DNA from: Cetorhinus maximus
Taxonomy: Eukaryota
Reading direction: 5' to 3'
Length of the DNA stretch: 64,000 bases
Assembly: GCF_964194155.1 (NCBI RefSeq)
Contig: NC_135896.1
Coordinates: 18,538,001 to 18,602,000 of the forward strand
Positions 13,111-23,731 of this stretch are shown one piece after another. Position numbers and translations under genes: made by a program. The notes beneath the pieces were generated by a model. That model made no database searches. It worked only from the letters and a program-made list of their open reading frames with translations, and was not told where the DNA came from. Every line of letters begins with the position of its first letter. Position 1 is the first letter of the stretch.

Positions 13111-13393
13111 TTTATACCTATATCTACACACATTTGTGTAGTAAATTCTCACTTAATTTTATGGAGGTGAATAACCATCTGTAAAATTTCCAAGATGATA
13201 AAACCCTTTTACGTTTCCTCCTAGTAACTGAGGTAATACAGTTGGAGCTGCAGGATATCAGGCTTAGAGTACAAATTACCTGGTGGAAGTATTGAAACTT
13301 GTTGATCTATCTTTAAAATAAAGCAAAATCCAAGATGTGGTAAAAGCTGGATTGCTTAGATAAAAATTTACGGCTTTGACAGTGTTTTGACAG

Positions 13394-14423
13394 TGAAACA
13401 TTGTTTTCCATCAGCTGGAATATGGCACATTATTACTTTGATGGAAGCCTTCTGAGAGTTTTACTTTTCTTACTTTATTGGAAGCCTTCTGAGAGTTTTA
13501 CTTTTCTTACTTTAATGGAAGCCTTCTGAGAGTTTTACTTTTCTTACTTGCCAAAAGTTATGAGCAGCTTCTGTCTGAGTTTGGGTTTTACTCACCTCCC
13601 TTTGATGTTTCCTAAGTATAAAGTGAAGAAAGGTGCTGGAATGCGTAAAGGCACTGGGATGTATGAGTGGCTTGCAGTGAAATGGGAGGCTAGAACTTCC
13701 AATCAGTGACATTCAAATATGAATACTCCGAGCGCTTGTATCCTATTCCCACAGACACTATTTTTACACAGATCCCAACATGTTTATTTTAAACGTAGTT
13801 GTCCATTTTTCCACTTCTTTGTCTTATGATCTGACTACATTTGTCTTTAAGGTATCATTAAAGCAAAAAGCAGAACATGCAACCATGATCTCATTCTTAT
13901 CTTCCGTGACCTGATTCTGTCCACTCCCTACTTCCCCCCTCCCCCAACCATCCCACCATCCCCATCATTTTTCTGTGAACTTGGAAAAAGACTGGAATGC
14001 TATCTTTAACACGATTTTCTTGTAACTGTTTGACAATTGCTGAGCACCCTAGTTTATGCGCATGTCTGAATGAAAGCTGTCTTCCCTTCAGTCTCTTCAC
14101 AAGCGTAACTCAATGTGCAAGTTCAAACAAAAGGTCTCGCGGGGGTCATTTACTTATATTTAAGTTTTCACTGCTGTGTTTTCCTGTTTGTATAATTAGC
14201 ACACTTACAGCACTCTGCGACTGATGATCACATGCAGCAGATGTGCTCAATTAAGACTTTATGAGAATTTGTTTAACAAATAAGTCAAATAACGAGCAAA
14301 AGGGAATGAAACATTGTTTTCCATCAGCTGGAATATGGCACATTATTACTTTAATGGAAGCCTTCTGAGAGTTTTACTTTTCTTACTTGCCAAAAGTTAT
14401 GAGCAGCTTCTGTCTGAGTTTGG
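13394..14423 (+). repeat. 117-bp direct duplication (13394-13584 with internal 37-bp unit x3; 14307-14423)
   Basis: tgaaacattgttttccatcagctggaatatggcacattattac...gagcagcttctgtctgagtttgg present twice. Confidence 0.92.
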
Positions 14424-14914
14424 AATAAGCTCCTCAGGCCAGGCACTGAAAAAAAAAACTGTCCCAAAATATCTACAACTTCTTGCTCGATCTTACCAAT
14501 CACAGTTAATGAAAAGCCAAATAGAGCCACCATTCTGACTTGCAGCCTCACTAAGGATTGAGCTCCGAATGAACTTACTTATTTTTGACTTGATCGCAAT
14601 TATAGTCTGTCACCTACAAAAGACAAAGTCCAACCTGAGCAGTAGAATAATACATTTGTGGGCCTGATTTTAACTGTACAAATAGGTGAATTTTGAATGA
14701 GTTAAAATTTCATCCTGTGTATTACACATGGCGAGGCTTCTATTTTATTAGATAGTGTATTGCCCCAGTCACACAGAATAATACTAATAAAGGACCAGTA
14801 ATATTCTTATAAAAGCTGCAAGATAAATAGACCTCACGTTAGGTACCATACCGTCACACATTCAAATTTTGGTTCCATTCAGGTAAAACATAATTTCCAA
14901 CCTACAGAGAATTA

Positions 14915-15301
14915 GGGCAGAATGTAGAGCTCGGTGGGCGGGCGTGCGTCCAGCCCACCCGAGCGTAAAATGACGCGCAATGACATCAGGCGAGCGTCCT
15001 GATGTCATCGTGCAGTCCCGCGATATTTCATTCAGTGGGCATGCGCTGGAGTCGGCAGCGCATCCGCTGACAATTAAAAGGCCTATTAAGGCCATTAAAA
15101 AAGTAATTACATTAAAATTTACGCTGCCCGTCCAGCCTTACCTAATGCTGAGTGCTGCCGCTCGTGTGCCACACTGGGTGGGCCTTAATTGGCCCGCCCA
15201 CGTAAAATTGCGGTGCGGCGCCGATCGTGGGCAGCAGTTGGGCTTCCTGACCGGCCCCGCTTACCCCCGCCGAGCACCCCCGCCAAGGGCAAGATCCTCC
15301 C
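14915..15301 (-). mobile_element. Harbinger-family MITE, internally deleted copy
   Basis: TIRs GGGCAGAAT / ATCCTCCC; first ~210 bp match the reverse complement of Harbinger right end 30169-30340. Confidence 0.8.
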
Positions 15302-15339
15302 TATAATAAAGCAACAGGAAAGTATGAACAAGGCCACTT

Positions 15340-15545
15340 CTCTGTTGAAAAAAAGAATGAGGGGTGACCTAATAGAGGTCTTTAAAATCATGAGAGGTTT
15401 TGATAAAGGATGACAAAGAGTGTCTCCACTAGTGAGGAAGAGCAAAACTGGAAGTTATCAAGAGAGTCACGAAGAAATCAAATAAAGGATTCAGCAGAAA
15501 CTTCTTTACCCAGAGAGTGATGAAAATGTGGAATTTGCTCCCTTA
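15340..15545 (+). mobile_element. CR1 LINE fragment
   Basis: KRMRGDLIEVFKIMRGFD; ttctttacccagagagtg. Confidence 0.75.
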
Positions 15546-16518
15546 GTGACTGCCTATTAGGAATGTCATAATTAATCACCTTAACATTTGTTACTTATTT
15601 TGTATTGCATCCATCACATATTAGACTTCTTAGTGGGGAGAATTTTAGAGTGACTGAGAAGACTAACACACAAAATATCTCTTTCCCCAATTGCCACTGC
15701 TTCTCTTTCCTGAGAAGATCATTTTGCAATGGGTTAAGGTCTTTTGGTTCATCAAGCCCACTGCTTCTACATCCCAGGTACAACCAAATTAGCTAACCAA
15801 AATCTGTGTATAATTTTCCTAAACATTAAACGAGGTGATAGGTGTTACTAGAGAAACTCTTGAATTACAATTAAATGCTCTACCAATGCATTATACAACC
15901 AACTATTATAATCAAAAGGAGAGGGGATATAGATTGGGTGTTTTAATTATCCTAGCTACTTACTCAGAATTAAAATGAGAATTAGAACATCATATTTTTT
16001 CATGTCTTCACTGCATATGCCAGTAATAGTAAATATGGATGCTCTTCTAGCTTACAGTAAAGCAAGCCACCCAAAATATACCACAGAAAGTCCGGAGATG
16101 AATTACCGATTAATAATTTTTTGACTGTTATTTAGAATCAGAGCAGCTCCCCGTTGTTTTGATTTTTAATATTGACCTGAACTGGACAATCAGCAACCTT
16201 GTTTAATGTTTCATCTGAAGGATGACACCTCTGGTAATAAAGCGCTCCATCACTGTTGCACCTGCATTATAAGTTCAAGCTCCTGGTGTGGATCTTCTGG
16301 CTCAGAGGCAAGAATGCTGCTACCTGTGGAAGACTGCAATATCTGTTGCTAGTCAATTTGGTTGTGCCATTCATCAGCTCTGATCAGGTTTACCCAGTAC
16401 CTGTTGTTCAAGTCAGCAGCTTCTGTGCTTCTCTGTTCCATCAGGGTTTGTCATTTTCTAGGCCATTTGATCCTATAGCCAGTTATGGGCATCTTTTAAA
16501 ATACATGCAGTTATTCTT

Positions 16519-17843
16519 TAGTGTCTCCTTAACTCAGGGTGCATTGTCTATCTTTGTCTCTCAAGTCATTTTCTCAAGGAGAGGCAATTTAGAATCGCTG
16601 CAGATTTCCAAAATAAAGCTCCCAATTTTCAGGGCTTGCTTTAAGGATCTTGATTGAGCAATTCTTCCATTATTCCTGTGACACGTTCCTGTTACTTTGT
16701 ACATTTGTCTTGGTTAAGCAGTGCAAAGCGCTGTTATTAATGTGGATGTGGTTAATAGTGAATTTGTTCCCATGTCAGATTACAGTTGTGAACATTTGAC
16801 TCAATTTCAGTAACTACAAAGGGAAGAATTATACTTTGGAGTGTTGGGAACTTAACAAAGCCACACAGTGACATGATTGACAAGTTATTATGCTGTATGA
16901 GGTAGGGTTGTGCTTTTTTTCCCTGAGTTGAAGTTGTGAGACTGTTCCACTCCAAGCTAGCATCAGTTGACTCTCCCAAAGCTTCTGGGGTTGACCTCTT
17001 TGCATATGTGAGCCCGTAATCTGGATTATGCAGCCCACATGGTCCTCACTGAATGTATGGCTGGGGTTGAGGGTGGGAGTAGAATGCAATACACCTGCAG
17101 TTGTGAAAATGGCTGCCAATAAAGGCGGGGTGTTGGGGGAAGGTAATTTTGCCAGTAGCGGGAACCTCACCAGCAGCAAGTGGATCACAAGTAAGAAAAC
17201 AATTATACACATTTACATAGAAAATTTCACATCCTCAGGACATCCCAAAGCTCTTCACAACCAACAACGTACTTTTGAATTTCTGTTATGTAGACAAACA
17301 CACAGCAAGGTTCTACAAACAGCAACGAGGTAGCCAGATGGCCAATCTAACTGTGTTGGTTGAGAGACAAATGTTGGTCAAGATAGCAGCCCATTCTTAT
17401 TCAAATAGGTACCATTGAATCTTTTAGGCTTATTTGAACAGAGAGCTGGCATGGATACAATGGGCTGAATGGCCTTCTTTTGTGCCTTAACCATTCTATG
17501 ATTCTCTGATTCTATGAAGCTTGATGAAGGACACTTCAAAGTTATCATTTTTTCCCTTTGTAGTTACTGAAATGGAGTTAAATGTTCACAATCGCAATCT
17601 GATGTGGGAACAAATCAAAAGCAGTGCAATCCACTGCCTAACCAAGGCAAATGTAGGAAGTGGCAGAAACACATCACGAAAGAATAATGGAAGGATTACT
17701 CTAATCAAGATCCTCATAAAGCAAGCCCTAAAACTGGGAGTTTTAAAAAAAATCTGTAGCAATTCCAACTCCCTCTCCCCGAGAAAATGAAAATGACCTG
17801 AGAGAGAAAGTTAGACAATATCCCTTGGGTTAAGGAGACATTG
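16519..17843. repeat. Long imperfect inverted repeat (arms ~16519-16845 and ~17530-17843)
   Basis: e.g. catttgactcaatttcagtaactacaaaggga vs tccctttgtagttactgaaatggagttaaatg; gtgtctccttaac vs gttaaggagacat. Confidence 0.85.
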
Positions 17844-18149
17844 TGAGTGTTGTGGGTGTAACAGTCACTCATTACTGCATTATCTGCTGAAGCCTCTGGA
17901 ACAGGGCATGAACCTACAACCTTCTGACTCAGTGATGAGTGTTACTACTGAGCTAAGGCTGACAGCATGCACTGCTAGAAAGCAGTGTCACATGAATCTA
18001 ACAAAAATCCCAGCAAGTATCGATGCACTAGTCCTGCAAGAACTGGGTCAAAGGAGGGTTGCCTGAATGGCACTCCAGTGTTTCCTGCATGTAGGATCAT
18101 CATACAGTCTATATGGGAGGAGGTGGCCTAAATGATCAAGACCATTTGT

Positions 18150-18897
18150 CATATTCAAAAGATTGGAAGCATATGAAGAAGCTTTTGTTGGTGAGTGACT
18201 TATTAACAGCACTCACTTTATTCAATGTATCAATTGTCCAGCAACTTGTGGCGAGGAAGAGATATCTTGAGAATTGTGAATTGCCAGAGGTGCTCGACAA
18301 TTTGGACCGCTCTGCAATTAGCCTTGCAAGAATGGCAGATCAACCTCCAAATGCGTTTCGTGAAGTTGCTGCATTTGTGCATTAACTGCACATTAAACTC
18401 ACCACAGGAAGTTTGTCCCAGTACCAGTGTAAGAATCTTTTTAATGAGGAGATTTAAGTTCCTGCAATATCAATCAACCTCTCCTGCCTTAGACAGGGAA
18501 TAATCTGAACTGTGGAGTCTCATACTCTCTAGTAATTTTTGTTAGAGGTTTTCAAAATTTAAAATATTAAATGTTTTAATTTTTTCTTACACCTTTTCTT
18601 TTTGTCTCTTTTTTCCCCTATCTCTCTTAATCCGATCTTTCGTTTCTTCTCTTTATTTTTCTTTCTGTACCCGATTTGACTTTAATTCACCCTCCTTCTC
18701 CATCATTCCTCTGCTTATTTCTCAATTTTTAAATTCTCATTGGTTAAGGATGTAGACATCATTCACCAACGCCCCCGAGGTGCCATTGCCCTCACCACAT
18801 TGTTATCAGCTCACGCTAATGGGGTAACAAAATTATCAAGCCGTAGCATGACGGAGAAAGTCAAACAGGGTATGCCCACTCCAGGAAATTCTGGGCC
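18150..18897 (-). mobile_element. Second copy of the 7456 family (reverse orientation)
   Basis: End GGAAATTCTGGGCC; colinear with 7456-8205 in reverse; left boundary approximate. Confidence 0.5.
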
Positions 18898-20105
18898 AAT
18901 ATTATGTAGATAACTAAGGTGGCAGAGAAATGCCCTGAGAAGGCTCTCTATCCAAAGTGTCAGCTGAATGCTGATAGTTCTGCTCTGTACTCCCAGCATT
19001 TTCTAGTTTTATTTTAATTTCTGGCATTTGCGGCTTCTTTTTTTTAACATTCAATTAGGTGTGCTCTGTTTATAGCAGAATGGATGGTTTTATGAGTCTC
19101 CGCCACAGGCGGGCGAGGGCACCTGCTGGCACCAAGGACTACTAAAATTACCCCTAGGATATAACAGGAGGATGCAAGGTTTTAAGCATTTAAGGGAGTT
19201 ATGTGACAAAAATGAAATACTGTGTCGTTCAGCAGGAGAAATGATAAAGTCCAATTTCTTGCGCTGGCACATGGGTAACATAAACATGTAGCGTTGTAAT
19301 ATTTTGAATGGGTAACTATTTATCTATTTCTAATCTCCTGATTCGAGCTAAATTTCTGCCCGCGCAGCCCAGCTTTCAGAAGTTAGGCACTGAAAATAGG
19401 CAGTAAATCTGAGTAGCTCGTTGCTCACAAAAGCAAAATATTCCACATGTACCAGTTTAATGCAAATTAGATGTCTGTAATTAGTTCTAGAGTGGTAATT
19501 TAGTGCACAAAAATAATTATTCAAAACCTCTTTTTTCCAATTAATGCCCAAGACAGAAAAGTCTGGTTTACCCTTCCCCCCCCCTCCCTAAAGAAAACAA
19601 AAACACTGTGCTAATGTATCATTATATCATCTAAACAAACTTTTAAATAGCCAGGCTGTAAAGAAAATCTTGAAAGCTGCGTTTCGTCTGAAGCATTTTT
19701 CTGTAAGAGTCCCCGAGGAAGAAGGACATTGCAGAATATAGGTTGCATGTGGGTTAGTTGCGTTCAGTCAGTGTGCATTAGTGTTTGTTTCATTGGCATA
19801 TAGAATCTGGAGGAATTTTCCAAAGTTTTTCTTGAATTTGGACTGCGGGATATGGCAGGATTAATTTTACCATTTAATGTTTCCAAAGCACAGTTTCATA
19901 TGGTAGGACCACATTTTCCAACTCCAGTTGAAGGCCATCGCCTCCCCAGTGGATAAGGAATCAAATGATCCACAAAGCGAGCACAATAACCTCCATGCTC
20001 AAATCCCAACATGCACTCCCAGCACCTGAAGCTCTGTGTCAGGGGTGATAAAAAACAAAAGAAAAACGTTACCAGCAGTTGGGCACGATAGTGTGTAAAG
20101 TGTTG

Positions 20106-20840
20106 TCAGCTGTGGCTCAATTGGTAGCTCTCTTGTCCCTGGATTAGAAGTTAGTGGGTTCAAATCCCTCTCCAGAGACTTGAGTACAGAATCTGGGCAG
20201 AAACTCCAGTTCAGTATTCAGGGAGTGCTGCATTGGTGGTGTAGTCTTTTAGATGACAAGCAAGGCTCCATCTTGTCTTCATAGGTGAATGTGGTAAAGT
20301 GGAGTGCTATGTACCATTAAGAGAATGTAATTAGTTGACCATGTAACTGTATTGACCAATCGCTACACAGCAGGGGCTTTTTGGATAACTGGAAGTCCAG
20401 AGTTGGAGGTGATTGAAGAAGCACACATGGTGTTTGTGCCCTATTCTTAGTTCCAACAAACTACCAGTGTTTGTCCAGTTGATCGGTCTCTGCCTGCACT
20501 GTTTCAAGCACCAACTAATGTGTCAATATCAAGGGCGCAGCTAGCGTTCGCCGGACAAAGTGAACCTGATAACCAAAAACATAAAAGTGAAAGTTATAGA
20601 TCCCAGGGCACTATTTTGAAGAAGGGCAGGGGAGCTATCCCCACTGTCCTGACCAATATTTATGCCTCAACCATTATCACTAAAATGTTAACACATTACT
20701 GAAAATGGGAGCTTGCTGTGTGTAAATTGGCTGCTCTGTTTCCTACATCATAACAGTGACTACATTTCAAAGGTACTTCATTGGTTATATGTCACTTTAA
20801 AAGTTCCTGTGAGGCATTATTTTATGCAAGTTTTTCCTTT
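20106..20840 (+). mobile_element. Deu-domain SINE interrupted by a ~300-bp insertion (20291-20596)
   Basis: Head gtggctcaattggtag...gggttcaaatccc; core resumes at gatcccagggcactatttt (20599). Confidence 0.75.
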
Positions 20841-20950
20841 CTTTAGTGGATAATCCAAGGAATAACGGGCCTGTTATGTAGGGAAAATCCCTTTGTTAGT
20901 ACCACTTGTACAAACCAAAGAGTAAAAAGAATTATTGTTTTGAGACGTCC

Positions 20951-21290
20951 CCTGGTGGTGGCACAGTGGTTAGCGCTGCGGCCTCACAGCTCCAGGGACC
21001 CAGGTTTGATCTGGACCTCAGGTAACTGTCTGTGTGGAGTCTGCACGCTCTTCCCGTGTCTGCATGGGTGTGCTCCGGTTTCCTCCCACCACCCAAAGGC
21101 GTGCAGGTTAGGTGGATTGGCTATGGCAAATTGTCTCCCAGCGTGTGTGCACGTGTGAGTGTGTGCTCTGTGATGGACTGGCATCTTGAACTGCGTGCAC
21201 CCCGCCTAGTGCCCATTGCCTGTCGGGATAGGCTCCGACTGCCCGCGACCCTGAATTGGATGACGCCGTTCTGGAAAAGTGAGTTAGTGG
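20951..21290 (+). mobile_element. V-SINE (tRNA head + V domain)
   Basis: tggcacagtggttagc A-box, ggtttgatc B-box, V domain tgtgtggagt.tgcac..tcttcccgtgtctgc.tgggt..gctccggtttcctcccac. Confidence 0.88.
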
Positions 21291-22127
21291 GATGCCCCCC
21301 TGGCTTGATGAGTAATTATGCTGCGTGGTCGGTGAGCCACGTGGACAAGGACATCTAGAGTTGGTTCCGTTATCTGTCCTAAATTGGCTGATACCAGTTG
21401 CGTCAGAAGTCATGGAATGGTCCGGAATTACTGATTTAGGAAGAGGAAATGTCTTCATTGCTCTCCAGTGACTCCTGCAAGAAAGCTTTCATGTGTGGAC
21501 AGGGAGTGAGGAGAAGATTAGGTTCAATGGTGGTGGTGGGAGGGTGACCTAACCACCACCCCCACAGCCACCCCACCAATCACAGTCATTTGTTTTCTAT
21601 GCTCAAACATGAGCTGGGTGAAGTAATAGAGGGTGACTGGAACCTGAAGAACAATGCCCCAACATGACTCAGTACCTTCAAGAGAGAGAAAAAAGAGAAT
21701 GGGGGAGGGGGAGGGGGGGAAAAGTAATTACAGTGTGAGATAATGGGCTCAAACGCTTAATTTAAACGGGCCAATGCCTCCACTGAAATGGTCAGAGAGT
21801 GTGTTTCAGATTAACACATCTTGCATTCACACCTTTTTTAATCCACAAAGTAATTTAAAGGCTTGGTTTTGAGCTGAGTCTTTCAAATGATACTTGGGGG
21901 TTTTTGTCGAAACAGTCCTGATGACAGGAGAAAGATGGCTGGGTGGAGTTGTCAGGCCTGACATTAAGAGGGGGCGAGTTGGCAACAACAGAGCTGCAGT
22001 GTACTCAGGGGGAGGTTTGATTTTGTTATTTGATATATGCTGCAAGCAGAGTTGTTTTGTTGAAAAAATAATAACTGAAGTGTTGTCTCCTATAGTGTGC
22101 TCTTTACCTGATGTTACATGTTTCATA

Positions 22128-22846
22128 GGGGAGAATTTTCTCCTTGTCGAGGTGGGGGGGGTTGGGCGGGAGCGGGCGCAGACGTTTGCGCAGCCAATCA
22201 CCACCTGCACTCGGCTGGGCACCGCCATTTTATGGGGGGGTTGGGTGGGGCAATTAAGGCCCGCCCAGCGTGACACTCGCCCTGAAGCGCTGAGCACTCC
22301 CTGTGTGGGCCGGGGTGGGGGGGGTAGGTTTGCCCGAGTTGGGGCCTGCGCTCTTTCACGCACACACATGAAGGAGCGCAGAAATCTCCTCGAGGCACAG
22401 AGCTGCCCCAGGGAGATTAGTTTTAAGTTCAAAAAAATTTAATAAAGGGAAAAAAAAATTTTTATGACATGGCCCTTCATGTGAAACTGTCACGTGAGCT
22501 GGGACATGTCTATTAATTTTACTAAAACTTTTTACAAGACTTTAAAAACCTTTATGAAACCTCATCACGCCTGTGGATGAGGTTCCATGATAAATGCGAA
22601 GGCCGCCTGGGCTCTTCGCCCGCGCCCCCCGCCAACCTTAAGATTGGATAGGCAGCCCTGTTCATTGCTTCAATTAATAGTTAACTGGCCGTAACAGGCC
22701 TTTGACAGTTCGGCTGTGCGCCAGCGACCTGAAAATCTGAATGACGCGCGGTGACGTCGGGTCGCACGCCTGACGTCACTGCACGTCTTTTTAAGCCTCG
22801 GCGAGCGGGCCCCGCCCCCCCACTCACCGAGCCGAAGATTCTGTCC
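22128..22846 (+). mobile_element. Harbinger-family MITE (~720 bp)
   Basis: TIRs GGGGAGAATTTT / AAGATTCTGTCC, perfect 3-bp TSD ATA on both sides; GC-rich arms around an AT-rich core. Confidence 0.85.
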
Positions 22847-23589
22847 ATAAGGTTGTTTGTGCAGCAGAGATCTCCAACCCGAGGCGCTGGATAAATCTTG
22901 TTCCCAACGCTGTCTTCTGTAGCCTGCAAAATGAATTTGAAACACAGCTTGCAAACTAGCAACAACAAATATATAGGATTTTTGCAGTTTTTCTGGGCTT
23001 CAACATTTTGCTGACTGTTCCTTCCCCTGCTGTTATACTGGCAGAAGTTGGAGATGTCCCTCTCGGTGACACATTCGAAATCTCTGCTTTTCTGGTCTGC
23101 TCAGTCATGAACTGGTGCAGTACCTGATTTCCACCATTAAGTGCTGTTAGTGAGTTATGTACCTTGGGCAGAAACTGCCAGAACTCTCTTCAGAATTACA
23201 GTGCGAAACATCTTTCTCACTGCCAAGATGTAGCCCAAAGAAACGGATACTACCTGACCTCAAACTGTAATAAAGACTCAGCTCGAAACCAAGCCTTTAA
23301 GTTACTTTGTGAATTAAAAAGGAGTGAGCGCAAAATGTGTTAATCTGAAATGCACTCTTACCATTTTAGTGGAGGCATTGGCCCATTACAATACTGCCTG
23401 GCCTGCTGAGTACCTCCAGCATTTTCTGATTGCCTTTCACATTTCTAGCATCTGCAGTATTTTGCCCTTTGGTAATACTTTTTCTGGACTTTGTGCTGGT
23501 GAAGTCCAAATATCTGACTTTATTGTAAGCATTTCTGTCTGACCGAAGGTATAGCACAGTTTTAACAATCTGTATTGTTTCCCTTTTAG

Positions 23590-23731
23590 CCTAATTTAAC
23601 TTGCCTGGAGACGCTTAATCTGGGTCATAATCCACTCAGCAATGAAGGAATCCATAGACTCAAAGGAGCATTGATAGCTAATCGATCAGTTACACGTTTA
23701 GGACTGGCGTCAACAGCAATAACTAGTGAAG
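23590..23731 (+). CDS. PPP1R37: Coding exon (phase 0-1) of PPP1R37-like protein
   Basis: cccttttag| acceptor, G|gtaatg donor; PNLTCLETLNLGHNPLSNEGIHRLKGALIANRSVTRLGLASTAITSE(G) matches PPP1R37 LETLNLGHNP..NEG..LK..LI.NRSV.RLGLAST. Confidence 0.93.

Noticed and set aside
20951-21020. tRNA-like sequences here and at 4348, 20108 and 59720
   Set aside because: They are SINE heads with A/B boxes that continue into SINE bodies; no complete cloverleaf.
21827-22442. GC-rich ORFs (201 and 182 aa) and CpG-island-like patches here and at 38000, 42700 and 58600
   Set aside because: They coincide with MITE arms; frames are not conserved between copies; not promoters or genes on present evidence.
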